Shown piece after piece: positions 22,200-32,084 of a stretch of DNA of 64,000 bases. Each line of letters begins with the position of its first letter. The first letter of the stretch is position 1. The stretch is from an uncultured delta proteobacterium. GTDB taxonomy: Bacteria > Myxococcota_A > Polyangia > Polyangiales > B10-G4. A program made the translations under genes and the position numbers. A model generated the notes under the pieces. It was not told the origin of the DNA, searched no databases, and saw nothing but the letters and a program-made list of their open reading frames with translations. Where the stretch lies: positions 19,778 through 83,777 of the forward strand of contig CAVSGI010000016.1 in the NCBI GenBank assembly GCA_963727445.1, read 5' to 3'.

Positions 22200-23510
22200 T
22201 TAACTCCCCCTGACCCCAACCCCCTCGTACACGAACCCCATCTTCCGGAGCCCGTAGCTCGACCAGATGTTCCGCCCGTCGAGCAGCAGCGCGCGCGACA
22301 TGATCTCGCTCAGACGCTCGAAGTCCGGGTTCTGATACTCGCGCCACTCAGTGACAAGCACGAGCGCGGAGGCGTCGCGCGCAGCCTCGTAGGCATCGTC
22401 GACGAGCTCGATGCGGTCCCCGAAGTGCGCACGCGCCGAGTCGCGCGCTTCCGGGTCGTGGGCGACGATGGTCGCACCTTCGGCGAGCGCCACCTCGATG
22501 AGCTGGATCGCGGGGGACTGGCGAATGTCATCGGTGCGCGGCTTGAAGGACAAGCCCCAGACGCCGATGCGGTGGCCGCGGAGGTCTCCGTCGAAGTGCT
22601 TCTTGAGCTTGCGGGCGAGGACGCCCTTCTGGCGGGCGTTGACGCGGTCGGTGGCGGAGGGGAGTTCCATCTCGACGCCGTGCTCGTGGGCGGTGGCGAC
22701 GAGGGCCTTGACGTCCTTGGGGAAACAGGAGCCGCCGTAGCCCGGGCCCGCGTAGAGAAACTTCGAGCCGATGCGGGTGTCGCTGCCGACGCCGCGGCGG
22801 ACGGCGTGGATGTCGGCGTCGACCTTTTCGCAGAGCGCCGCGATCTCGTTCATGAACGAGATGCGCATGGCGAGCATGGTATTCGAGACGTACTTGGTGA
22901 GCTCGGCGCTGACCGGGTCCATCCAGACGATGCGCTTCTTCTGGAGCAGGACCGGGTGATAGAGGCGGTCCATTCGCTGGCGCGCGAAGTCGTCGCTCGC
23001 GTCGGCGCCGATGACGATCCGATCCGGGCGCAGGAAGTCGTTGAGGGCGTCGCCTTCCTTCAAGAACTCCGGGTTGGAGACGACGTGGATGGGGTAGGGC
23101 GCGTCGGCGACGATCCGCCGCACACGCGCGTTGGTTCCGACGGGCACGGTGCTCTTGATCACCAACACCATCTCGCGGCTGGCCTTCGCGGCAACGACCT
23201 CCGCGACCCGGTCCACAGCGCGCAGGTCGGCGCCGCCGTCCACGCGCTCCGGGGTGCCGACAGCGACGAAGACGATCTCGGCGGAGGCGATCGCCCCCTC
23301 GACGTCGTCGGAAAAGGAGAGCCGCTTCGCGGCGAGGTTCCGCTCGAGGAGCTCCTTGAGCCCGGGCTCGAAGATCGTGATCTCGCCCCGCGAAAGCGCG
23401 GCGATCTTCTCCGCGTCGTTGTCGACGCACACGACGTCCGCCCCGGTCTCGGCGAAGCCGACGCCGCTGACCAGGCCGACGTAGCCGGTGCCCACCATGC
23501 AAATTCTCAT
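22200..23510 (-). CDS. ugd: UDP-glucose 6-dehydrogenase
   Basis: MRICMVGTGYVG, KSTVPVGT, SNPEFLKEG, GYGGSCFPKD, WGLSFKPRTDDIR. Confidence 0.95.
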   Translation of the reverse strand: MRICMVGTGYVGLVSGVGFAETGADVVCVDNDAEKIAALSRGEITIFEPGLKELLERNLAAKRLSFSDDVEGAIASAEIVFVAVGTPERVDGGADLRAVDRVAEVVAAKASREMVLVIKSTVPVGTNARVRRIVADAPYPIHVVSNPEFLKEGDALNDFLRPDRIVIGADASDDFARQRMDRLYHPVLLQKKRIVWMDPVSAELTKYVSNTMLAMRISFMNEIAALCEKVDADIHAVRRGVGSDTRIGSKFLYAGPGYGGSCFPKDVKALVATAHEHGVEMELPSATDRVNARQKGVLARKLKKHFDGDLRGHRIGVWGLSFKPRTDDIRQSPAIQLIEVALAEGATIVAHDPEARDSARAHFGDRIELVDDAYEAARDASALVLVTEWREYQNPDFERLSEIMSRALLLDGRNIWSSYGLRKMGFVYEGVGVRGS

Positions 23511-23550
23511 CGACCGCTCCCTACTCGGCGTTCGACCCTCTAGCAACCCC

Positions 23551-24498
23551 ATGCACGCCTTCCTCCTCGCCGCCGGCCTCGGCACGCGCCTTCGGCCGCT
23601 GACCCTGGCGCGGCCCAAGCCGGTCGTGCCCGTCGCCAACCGCCCGCTGGGCGCGTTCGCGATGGCGCATCTCGCCTCCGCGGGCGTCACGCGCATCGTG
23701 GCGAACGTCCACCACCTCGCGGATATCGCCGAAGCCCAGCTCGCCGCGGCCGCGCCTGCCCACGTCACCCTGCGCGTCATCCGCGAAGCACACCTCCTCG
23801 GCACGGGCGGCGGGCTCAAGAACGCCTGGCCGCTGCTGCGCGAAAACGCAGCCGCCGATGCGCCCATCGTCGTGATGAACTCCGACATCCTCTTCGCGCC
23901 CGACATCGCGCGCGCGCTCGAGACGCATCGCGCGCTCGACGCGGTCGCGACGATGGTGCTGCGGCCCGATCCGAACGTGGCGCGATATGGCGCGGTCGAA
24001 ATCGACGAATCGCACCGGGTGCGGCGCTTGCTCGGCAAACCCGAATCCCCCGCGGGCTCGCCGGAGCTCACGCCCTTCATGTTCACGGGCGTCCACATCC
24101 TCGCGCCCGAGGCCATCGACGACCTTCCCGCGGAGGGCTGCATCATCCAGAACAGCTACCGCCGTTGGGTGGACTCGGGGCGGACGGTCGCGGCCATCGT
24201 GGACGAGACGCCGTGGCGCGACCTCGGGACCCTCGAGCAGTATCTCGCGGCGAACCTCGACCTCGCCTCAGGCGCGCTGCGCTCGCCCCTCGTCGAGCCT
24301 TCCCCGTCCGGCTCACTCATCCACCCGACGGCGAACATCGCCTCTGACGCCGTCCTCGACCGCTGTGTGGTGGGCGCAGGGGCCACCGTCGCTTCTGGGG
24401 TGACCTTGCGTCGCTCGGTGGTCTGGGACGGATGCGCCGTCACGGCAGATCACGACGGTGTGTGCGTTGCCCCCAACGGAATCACCGCTATCCTCTGA
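23551..24498 (+). CDS. NDP-sugar pyrophosphorylase (mannose-1-phosphate guanylyltransferase-like)
   Basis: LAAGLGTRLRPLT...PKP, LGTGG, NSD, WRDLGT, C-terminal beta-helix. Confidence 0.88.
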   Translation: MHAFLLAAGLGTRLRPLTLARPKPVVPVANRPLGAFAMAHLASAGVTRIVANVHHLADIAEAQLAAAAPAHVTLRVIREAHLLGTGGGLKNAWPLLRENAAADAPIVVMNSDILFAPDIARALETHRALDAVATMVLRPDPNVARYGAVEIDESHRVRRLLGKPESPAGSPELTPFMFTGVHILAPEAIDDLPAEGCIIQNSYRRWVDSGRTVAAIVDETPWRDLGTLEQYLAANLDLASGALRSPLVEPSPSGSLIHPTANIASDAVLDRCVVGAGATVASGVTLRRSVVWDGCAVTADHDGVCVAPNGITAIL

Positions 24499-24535
24499 CC
24501 CCTTAGCCGTCCTGTAGGACGGGGTAGGTGGGTGT

Positions 24536-26458
24536 ATGAGCGCGCGAGCCCGGTGGGTCCTTCCTTCGTTTCTCCTCGGAATCTTCGCGATTCTGGCCGC
24601 TTTTGGCTGCAACGGACGCGGTCGCGACCGGCCCGATTCGGGGATCATGCCAGCGGACACGGGGCCGGTGCCCTCGGGTTGTACGGCCGGCGGGCCCACG
24701 ACGGTGTGCTCCGGCAACATCGAGCTGACCTGTAATGTTGACGGAACCGTGGCGTCGATGCGGACGTGCCCCTCCGAAGGGCTGGTCTGCGCGCCGAGCC
24801 TGGGCTGCACCCTCTGCGTGCCTGGCCGGGGGGGCTGCGACGGGCAGACGACGCAGCTCTGTAACGCCGACGGGATGAGCTACACGCCCGGCGAGACCTG
24901 CGACACGTCGATGGGGCTGAGCTGCAATCCCAGCACTGGGACCTGCACCAGCCCGTGCGCGGACGCCGAGGCGTCGAACAGCTACATCGGCTGCGAGTAC
25001 TGGCCGACGCCGGTGCTCAACTCGAGCGTGCCCACCGAGTTCGACTTCGCAGTGGTCGTGGCCAACCCGCAAGACATGCAGGCCGAGATCACCGTCACGA
25101 AGGGGGCCTCGACCGTCGCTTCGACCACCGTCCCGCAAGGCGGAGTCGTGACCATCCCGCTGCCGTGGATCCCCGAGCTCAAGGGGACCAGCGGCTCCGA
25201 GGCGTCGGTCCTGAGCCGCAACGGCGCCTATCGCCTTCGCTCGAGCCTGCCGGTGACGGTCTACCAGTTCAACGCCCTCGACTACCGCATCGACATGGAC
25301 TGCCCCAGCGGCGAGCCCAACCCGCTCCCCGACGGGCAGTGCTTCTCGTACACGAACGACGCGTCGCTGCTGCTGCCGACGCACGTGCTGACCGAGAACT
25401 ACATGGTGCTGTCGCGGCCGACGATGGTGAACCGGATCGACGCCGGGCCCCCGTTCGGTTCCAGCTGGCTGACGAGCCCGGGCTTCTTCTCGGTGATCGC
25501 GGTCGACGAGACGCCGACCACCGTCTCCATCGACTTCACGGCGCACGTGGAGGCCAGCGTGGACGGCTCCTCGGTCCGCGCCTTCGGCCCGGGGGACAAC
25601 GGCATGTTCACGCTGAACCAGGGGGACGTGCTCCAGATCGTCACGACGCAGCCCAACACCTGCGCCACGCCCGGCACCAACGAGACCCTGAGCGACGGCA
25701 CGCCGATCACCTACTGCCAGATGGGCAACGACTACGACCTGACGGGCACCATCGTGCGCGCTGGCGCCGGGCAGAAGGTCGCGGTCATCAGCGGTCACAA
25801 CTGCGACTTCGTTCCCTACGACAAGTGGGCTTGCGATCACCTCGAAGAGGCGATCTTCCCGCTCGAGTCCTGGGGCACGGACTACATCGTGAGCGCGACC
25901 GAGCCGCTGCGCTCCGAGCCCAACGTGATCCGCATCGTGTCGGGCCACGACGCCAACATGATCACCTTCGACCCGGCGGCGGTGCACACGCCGGTGACGC
26001 TGAACCGCGGCGAGATCCTCGAGTTCGAGACGAACCAGGACTTCCGCGTGAGCGGCAGCGATGCCCTCGCGGTGGTCCAGCACCTCGTGGGGCAGGACTA
26101 CGCCGGCACGGGCACGAGCGGCGACATGGGCAACGGCGACCCGGCCCTGTCCCTCGGCATCCCCACCGAGCAGTTCCGCACGAGCTACGACTTCCTCGCG
26201 CCGGACACCTACAACATCAGCTACGTGAACGTGACCGCGCCGAGCGGCGAAGTGGTCAACCTCGACGGCTCGCCGGTCAGCGGCTTCCGCGACGTCGGCG
26301 GCACCGGCATGGCCACCGCCCGCGTCGAGATCTCTGGCGGCGCCCACCACATCGAGTCCGCGGCCCCCATCGGCATCGTGGTCTACGGCTTCGGGTCGTA
26401 CACGAGCTACATGTACCCGGGCGGTTTGGACTTCGAGGCGATCAACATTCCGTTCTGA
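24536..26458 (+). CDS. IgGFc-binding-domain lipoprotein
   Basis: AAFG-C lipobox; SYIGCEYW, YQFN, SYTNDASLLLP, CDHLEE, GDPA, SYMYPGG. Confidence 0.85.
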   Translation: MSARARWVLPSFLLGIFAILAAFGCNGRGRDRPDSGIMPADTGPVPSGCTAGGPTTVCSGNIELTCNVDGTVASMRTCPSEGLVCAPSLGCTLCVPGRGGCDGQTTQLCNADGMSYTPGETCDTSMGLSCNPSTGTCTSPCADAEASNSYIGCEYWPTPVLNSSVPTEFDFAVVVANPQDMQAEITVTKGASTVASTTVPQGGVVTIPLPWIPELKGTSGSEASVLSRNGAYRLRSSLPVTVYQFNALDYRIDMDCPSGEPNPLPDGQCFSYTNDASLLLPTHVLTENYMVLSRPTMVNRIDAGPPFGSSWLTSPGFFSVIAVDETPTTVSIDFTAHVEASVDGSSVRAFGPGDNGMFTLNQGDVLQIVTTQPNTCATPGTNETLSDGTPITYCQMGNDYDLTGTIVRAGAGQKVAVISGHNCDFVPYDKWACDHLEEAIFPLESWGTDYIVSATEPLRSEPNVIRIVSGHDANMITFDPAAVHTPVTLNRGEILEFETNQDFRVSGSDALAVVQHLVGQDYAGTGTSGDMGNGDPALSLGIPTEQFRTSYDFLAPDTYNISYVNVTAPSGEVVNLDGSPVSGFRDVGGTGMATARVEISGGAHHIESAAPIGIVVYGFGSYTSYMYPGGLDFEAINIPF

Positions 26459-26460
26459 GT

Positions 26461-26863
26461 TTGGTTCTGGTGAGGGGCTTTCGCCCCTCCACGCTCCCCC
26501 GGGGACTGCGTCCCCGCGTCCGACAGACAGATGCGTCAGAAGCGGGGCGGCGCTACCGCCGCCCCGGATAGAGACGCTCGCGCTGTCGGACTCCCCTGCA
26601 CGGCGCCTGCGGCGCCGGGTCGCGGCCGAGGGCCGCTCCGGGATGACGGGGGCGCATCGAGAGGGGCAGATGGGGTTGGTTCTGGTGAGGGGCTTTCGCC
26701 CCTCCACGCTCCCCCGGGGACTGCGTCCCCGCGTCCGACAGACAGATGCGTCAGAAGCGGGGCGGCGCTACCGCCGCCCCGGATAGAGACGCTCGCGCTG
26801 TCGGACTCCCCTGCACGGCGCCTGCGGCGCCGGGTCGCGGCCGAGGGCCGCTTCGGGATGACG
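26461..26863. repeat. Tandem pair of 188-bp structured intergenic elements (REP/MITE-like)
   Basis: 26461-26648 and 26676-26863 are identical except one C/T; 27-bp spacer; several internal hairpins. Confidence 0.9.
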
Positions 26864-26877
26864 CGCCCACGCGCCGA

Positions 26878-27657
26878 CTAGCCGCCGATGCCGACGACCT
26901 TGGCGCAAACGACCGTGATGTTGTCCGGGCCGCCGTTCTGGTTGGCCTTGTCGATCAGGGCGCTGCAGGCCTTCTTGAGGTCGGTCTGGTGCTGGATCGT
27001 CAGGTCCTGGATCTCGTCGTCGGTGACGGGGCCGCAGAGGCCGTCGCTGCACAGGACGTAGAGGTCGCCGGGCTTGGGCGAGTCGAGGAGGGTGTCGACC
27101 TTGACGCTCTCCTTCATGCCGAGCGCACGAACGATGACGTTCTTGTGGGGGAAGTTCTTGATCTCCTCCTCCGTCAACTTCTTCATCTTGATGTAGTCGT
27201 TGAGGAGGGAGTGGTCTTCGGTGAGCTGCTCCATCGCGCCGTCGCGGACGCGGTAGACGCGCGAGTCACCGACGTGGGCGATGAGCACGCCGTCGTCGAC
27301 GACGAGGATCGACACGAGGGTGGTGCCCATGCCGCGCAGCTTCGGGTCCCGCTGGGCGCTCTCGAAGATCCGCAGGTTCGCGAGCTTCACGCTCGTGATG
27401 AGGCGGTTCTCTTCGTAGCCCCGGGCCTTGTCCATCTTGTAGGGCCAGGTCGCCTCGGGATCCGCGCTCGTCGCGTGGAAGAACTCCTTGAGCGTCTCGA
27501 TGGCCATCTTGGACGCGACCTCGCCCGAGGCGTGCCCGCCCATGCCATCGGCGACCACGTAGAGGTGGTCCTCGTCGATGCAGGCGAAGCTGTCCTCGTT
27601 GTGAGTTCGCTTCATGCCGACGTTGGTCTCGCCAGCGACGATCACACGAGCGGCCAA
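26878..27657 (-). CDS. PP2C-family Ser/Thr phosphatase
   Basis: G.KR.HNED, VADGMGGH, GMGTT, HVGDSR, LCSDGL, GGPDNIT; GGAGGA SD upstream of the TTG start. Confidence 0.96.
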   Translation of the reverse strand: MAARVIVAGETNVGMKRTHNEDSFACIDEDHLYVVADGMGGHASGEVASKMAIETLKEFFHATSADPEATWPYKMDKARGYEENRLITSVKLANLRIFESAQRDPKLRGMGTTLVSILVVDDGVLIAHVGDSRVYRVRDGAMEQLTEDHSLLNDYIKMKKLTEEEIKNFPHKNVIVRALGMKESVKVDTLLDSPKPGDLYVLCSDGLCGPVTDDEIQDLTIQHQTDLKKACSALIDKANQNGGPDNITVVCAKVVGIGG

Positions 27658-27805
27658 GAGTGGGTCTCCTCCGTGCTCATGGACAGTCAGCTTGATACCC
27701 GGTCATGGGCGCGAAAGTCAACATCGACGACGTTCGGCTGGCCCGAAATTGGGGCGCTTTTCGAGGCGGTTGCGGGCGGCGGGGGGACGGTGTATCGCCG
27801 ACAGC

Positions 27806-28609
27806 GTGCACGACGACGCGGCCCGAGAGGAGCTGGCCCGGATCACCGCCATGGCCCGGGAGCTGATCGAGTGGGACCAGGGGCTGGGCGGGCGTGGCCT
27901 TCCGGAGCCCGAGCCCCTGGCGGAAGAGGCGCTCTTTTCGCCTTCCCCCACCGCCGAGCCGCCCGTCTCCGAGGCCCCTGGCGACGACGACGACGGCACC
28001 CCGAGTGCCACGACGCCCATCACCATCCCCCAGAGTGGAGACGCCTCCGAGCGTCTTCGCGTCCTCGCCGAGCAAGCCGCGAGCTGCACGCGCTGCCGCC
28101 TCCACAAGGGGCGCACCAAGAGCGTCTTCGCGCGCGGCAACCCCGCCGCCGAGATCGCGTTCGTCGGCGAAGGGCCCGGCTACCACGAGGACCAACAAGG
28201 CGCGCCCTTCGTCGGACAGGCGGGGCAGCTCCTCGACAAGATGGTCGGGGCCATGGGCTACGCGCGCGACGAGGTCTACATCTGCAACGTCGTGAAGTGT
28301 CGCCCGCCCGAAAACCGCACACCGACGCCCGACGAGGCCGGCGCGTGCAAGCCCTTCCTCACCGCGCAGCTCGACGTCGTGAAGCCGAAGGTCATCGTCG
28401 CCCTCGGCCGCTGCGCGGCGGAGCACCTCGGCTGTCTCGAGGCCGGTGCCCGCGGTTGGCGGGGACGCTGGTCGGAATACGAGGGCATCGCCGTGATGCC
28501 GACCTACCACCCGGCCTTCCTGCTCCGCACCCCGAAGATGAAGCGGCCGGTGTGGGAGGACCTGCAGAAGGTGATGGCCCGCCTGGGCAAGGCCGCCCCG
28601 CAGAAATGA
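27806..28609 (+). CDS. Uracil-DNA glycosylase, family 4
   Basis: CTRCRL, VGEGPG..ED..G.PFVG, NVVKCRPPENR, TYHPA. Confidence 0.95.
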   Translation: MHDDAAREELARITAMARELIEWDQGLGGRGLPEPEPLAEEALFSPSPTAEPPVSEAPGDDDDGTPSATTPITIPQSGDASERLRVLAEQAASCTRCRLHKGRTKSVFARGNPAAEIAFVGEGPGYHEDQQGAPFVGQAGQLLDKMVGAMGYARDEVYICNVVKCRPPENRTPTPDEAGACKPFLTAQLDVVKPKVIVALGRCAAEHLGCLEAGARGWRGRWSEYEGIAVMPTYHPAFLLRTPKMKRPVWEDLQKVMARLGKAAPQK

Positions 28610-30273
28610 CCGCCGTCGCCCCGAAGAAGGACCCGCTCGACGACGATTTCGAGGATCTCCTCGACGAGCTGCCGCCGATGGAAGGCTCGCTCGACGAGGA
28701 AGAGGTGCTCGGCACGGGCGAGGACTTCGAACCGAAGCTCTCGACCCTCGGCGCCGGCGAAGATGTGGGCCTCGACGACGACGTCGCGGGGATGGACTTC
28801 GACCCGGTGCAACTCCTCGACCTCGGCGAGGAGAGCGAGACCTGGACCGAGGACAACGAAGCCGCCGGCGACGTCATCGGCACCGACGGGCTCGACTCCA
28901 CCGGCCGCGAAGAGGAGTACGGCTGGACCGAGGGCACGGAGGCGAGCCCCCTCGAGGACTGGGCCGACGACCTCGACCTCGGTCAGAACGAGAAGGTGCT
29001 CGGAGAGGACACCGGCGAGGAAGGCGTCGAGGACGAGGTCTCGCTCGGCGGCGGGGCGGGTGACGACGACGTGGGCCTCGCGCCGCTCGAGGACTTCGGT
29101 GACGACGAAGGGATGGAGACGCTCTCCGAGGACATCGACCTGGCGGGCGACGCCTTGATCGATGGGGACGAGCTCTCCTACGAAGAGGAAGCGCGACTCT
29201 CGGGGACCATCGTCCCGCCTGCTTTCGATTGCGGAAGGCTCGAGGTGACTCACCTCGGCCCGCGCGACGGGATGATCTACGACCTGTCGCCGGTGGCCAG
29301 CGGCTTCCTCGCGGTGGGCGAGGACCTCTTCCGCATCGCTGGGGACCAGGTGGAAGCCCACGCCGGACCGCGCGCGGGCCTCGAGGAGATGCGGCCCACC
29401 TCCATCGCGCCCGGAGACGACGAGGGACGCCGCATCGCCATCGGCACCCGTCTGAGCGGCGTGCTCGTCTCCGAAGACGGCGGACAGACCTTCGAAGCGC
29501 GAAACGGTTGGCGCGGCGAGCGGGAAGAAGCCGGGGCCTCCGTCAGCGCGAGCGATGGGTTCTTCGTCGCGACCGAGCGCCACGAGGGCGGCCATCGGCT
29601 TTGGGGACGGACCCGCGGCGGCGCGCTCTTTCGGAGCGAAGACTTCGGCAAGACCTGGTCCCGTCCGCTGCTCCTCGCGCCGGTGTTGGCCCTGGCCGAC
29701 GATCCCGAGGGCGGGTTCCTCGCGCTGTCGGTGCCGGCGAGCGGCCCCGCGCAGATGGCGCGCTCCGAGGACGGCGGCCACGGCTGGACGATGCGCACGG
29801 TGACCGACCTGACGCGCGCCTCGGACAGCGAGGCCGAATATCACATCGCCGCGCGCGGCCCACGCATCGTGGTGGCGAGCGACGGAGAGGCGCGGGGACC
29901 GCGCATCTCGGAAGACGACGGCCAGAGCTGGGAGGAGATTGATGCGCTCCCGGCGCCAGGCGTGGCGGCGCTCGTGGAGGAGGGCGACTGCGTCTGTCTC
30001 TATGCGGCGCTCTTCTTCGCCGGCGCCGACCGTGGGGTGCTCGTGCGCCACACGCTGCGCGGACCGGGCGAAGGGGATCGGCTCGTCCTCGACGTGCGCC
30101 GTGAGCGCGAGGGCCGCGGGATGGAGAGCGCGGGGGATCCCGAGGGTGACAATCGCATCTTCGCGCTCCACGCGACGACCGAGCCGGGACACACGGTGTT
30201 GATGGTCGCGACGGGCGCGGGGCTCTTCCGGGTGCGCGTCCGCCACCCATCGGGCGGATTGACCGGCGTGTGA
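28606..30273 (+). CDS. Hypothetical protein: highly acidic N-terminus plus BNR/Asp-box beta-propeller
   Basis: ATGA overlap with UDG; Asp-boxes SEDGGQTF, SEDFGKTW, SEDGGHGW, SEDDGQSW. Confidence 0.75.
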   Translation: MTAVAPKKDPLDDDFEDLLDELPPMEGSLDEEEVLGTGEDFEPKLSTLGAGEDVGLDDDVAGMDFDPVQLLDLGEESETWTEDNEAAGDVIGTDGLDSTGREEEYGWTEGTEASPLEDWADDLDLGQNEKVLGEDTGEEGVEDEVSLGGGAGDDDVGLAPLEDFGDDEGMETLSEDIDLAGDALIDGDELSYEEEARLSGTIVPPAFDCGRLEVTHLGPRDGMIYDLSPVASGFLAVGEDLFRIAGDQVEAHAGPRAGLEEMRPTSIAPGDDEGRRIAIGTRLSGVLVSEDGGQTFEARNGWRGEREEAGASVSASDGFFVATERHEGGHRLWGRTRGGALFRSEDFGKTWSRPLLLAPVLALADDPEGGFLALSVPASGPAQMARSEDGGHGWTMRTVTDLTRASDSEAEYHIAARGPRIVVASDGEARGPRISEDDGQSWEEIDALPAPGVAALVEEGDCVCLYAALFFAGADRGVLVRHTLRGPGEGDRLVLDVRREREGRGMESAGDPEGDNRIFALHATTEPGHTVLMVATGAGLFRVRVRHPSGGLTGV

Positions 30274-30319
30274 ATGTCTTCGGGCGGGGTCGCATATCCA
30301 GGTTAGGATGAACGGGTAG

Positions 30320-32077
30320 ATGGCGTCCGAGGTCGACGAGCTCAGGGCTCTCTTGCGCGAGGGGACGAGTGCCGGGGAAGCGGCTCAGAATCGACGTCGC
30401 CTGGGCCTCGAGGAGGACGCCGACGACCACGCCGTCGGGCGGCGTCTCGTCCATCGCCTGAGCGGTTCGGTGATGGGCGACAAGCCCAAGAAGCTGCAGG
30501 AGGACCCGCGGCCCATCGTCGCGCCGCGGCCGGTGGCCGGAGCCGACACCTCCTTCCTCGGCCGTCTCAAGAGCGAGGGCAAGAGCGGGGGCCTGGCGGT
30601 CGAAGAGCTGGATGACGCCCGCACCATCCTCGCGGTGCTGCGGGCAGGGTCGCTGAGGCAGCGCCGCGCCGCGGCCAAACGCATCACGCAGCTGCTCACC
30701 GGCGGCAAGAAGGTGCTCCCCTCCGATCAGCTCAAGCGCATCGCCGACGTCCTTCCGCGCATTCGCGACGTGGAGATCGAGTACGAGCTCTCGGAGGCGC
30801 GCGCCCACCTTCCGGGCTCGACCGGCCGCGATTTCCAGCTCGAGCGCGAGCAGTTCGAACGCGCCGTGGCCGAGATCGAGCGCAAGGTGAGCCGCTACTG
30901 GGACGACGAGATCAGCGACGAGCCTTTCGTTCGCCTCGCCAGCGACCAGCGGGCGCTCTTGACCATGCGCGTGCGCGACCTCCCCGACCCGGTGGTGGAC
31001 CACCTGGGCTCCATCCTCGAGGGCGGCGAGCGCTTGCTCAACCCGGAGGATTGCGGCGACATCCTGAGCTCCCTTCGCTTCTGCGGCGACCCACGCCTGG
31101 TCCCGTCGCTCATCGCCGTGCTCGACGACAAGGACGCCGAAAACGCGGTCGACGCAGCGCGCGCCCTCGGCCGCATCGATGACCCGCGGGTCCACCCGGC
31201 GCTGGTCTCGGCGTTTCAGCGCAGCGTCGTCGACCGTAACAAGGTGGTCCTCGCGGCCTCCCTCGGCCGCATCGGCGACGCGCGCGGTCGCGACTACGTG
31301 CGCGGGCTGCTCTCCTCGTCGGACGACCCGGACGTGATCCGGCGCGCCATCGGTGCGCTCGAGGTGCTGGGCACCCCCGAGGACGCCGACGCGGTGGCCG
31401 CCGTGCTGGCCGAGGCCGACGGGCGCACGCGCGTACGCGCCATCCGCACCGTGGGCGCCATCGGCGACGGCCGGGCATTGCACTACCTCAAGGAGCTGCG
31501 GGAGATGACGAGCGTCTCCGCCATCTGGGCCGAGGTGGAGGACGCCGAGGCTGCCATCCGAGCACGCCTCGAGCTCCGCGGCGAATCCGAAGGTGCCGGC
31601 GCGTCGATCTCCGTCACCGAGAAGGAGAAGCTCACACGCAAGGTCAGCGACCCGATCTTCGTGCGCTTCTGGAGCTACAAGGACTACTTCCTGGGCGTGA
31701 TGTGGCTCTTCCTCGGCGGCATCGACCGCGCCGTCGCGCGCTTCGAGCGGGCCGCCACGCGGCGCAGCGACTGGGCCCAGCCGCTGCTCCGTATCGCGCT
31801 GGCCCACGCCCGCAAAGACCACCATGCCCTCGCGCTGGCGGCCTTCCGCCGCGCCATCGAGATCGATCGGGAGTCGGTCGAGCACAACCCGACCGCCATG
31901 CGCGCCCTGGCCACCGTCTTCCTCCGGCGCGCCGACGAGGTCGAGGACGAAGGCCGCTACGACATCGCCCGCGGCCTCATCGAAGAGGTCACCGGCCTCG
32001 ACCTCCGGCGCGCGCCGAGCGCCCTGCGATTCGAGGTCACCCGCCGCTACGAGGCGGTTCGACGAGGGGTGGGGTGA
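30320..32077 (+). CDS. HEAT-repeat protein with C-terminal TPR-like helices
   Basis: Repeats AARALGRIDD, AASLGRIGD, AIGALEVLG, AIRTVGAIGD. Confidence 0.8.
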   Translation: MASEVDELRALLREGTSAGEAAQNRRRLGLEEDADDHAVGRRLVHRLSGSVMGDKPKKLQEDPRPIVAPRPVAGADTSFLGRLKSEGKSGGLAVEELDDARTILAVLRAGSLRQRRAAAKRITQLLTGGKKVLPSDQLKRIADVLPRIRDVEIEYELSEARAHLPGSTGRDFQLEREQFERAVAEIERKVSRYWDDEISDEPFVRLASDQRALLTMRVRDLPDPVVDHLGSILEGGERLLNPEDCGDILSSLRFCGDPRLVPSLIAVLDDKDAENAVDAARALGRIDDPRVHPALVSAFQRSVVDRNKVVLAASLGRIGDARGRDYVRGLLSSSDDPDVIRRAIGALEVLGTPEDADAVAAVLAEADGRTRVRAIRTVGAIGDGRALHYLKELREMTSVSAIWAEVEDAEAAIRARLELRGESEGAGASISVTEKEKLTRKVSDPIFVRFWSYKDYFLGVMWLFLGGIDRAVARFERAATRRSDWAQPLLRIALAHARKDHHALALAAFRRAIEIDRESVEHNPTAMRALATVFLRRADEVEDEGRYDIARGLIEEVTGLDLRRAPSALRFEVTRRYEAVRRGVG

Positions 32078-32084
32078 GGCGCTG

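Noticed and set aside
26461..26863. Possible CRISPR array
   Set aside because: Only two 188-bp units and no cas genes.
26746..28605. N-terminal extension of the 1175-aa ORF
   Set aside because: It runs through the repeat element, antisense to PP2C and off-frame through UDG. The real gene starts at 28606.
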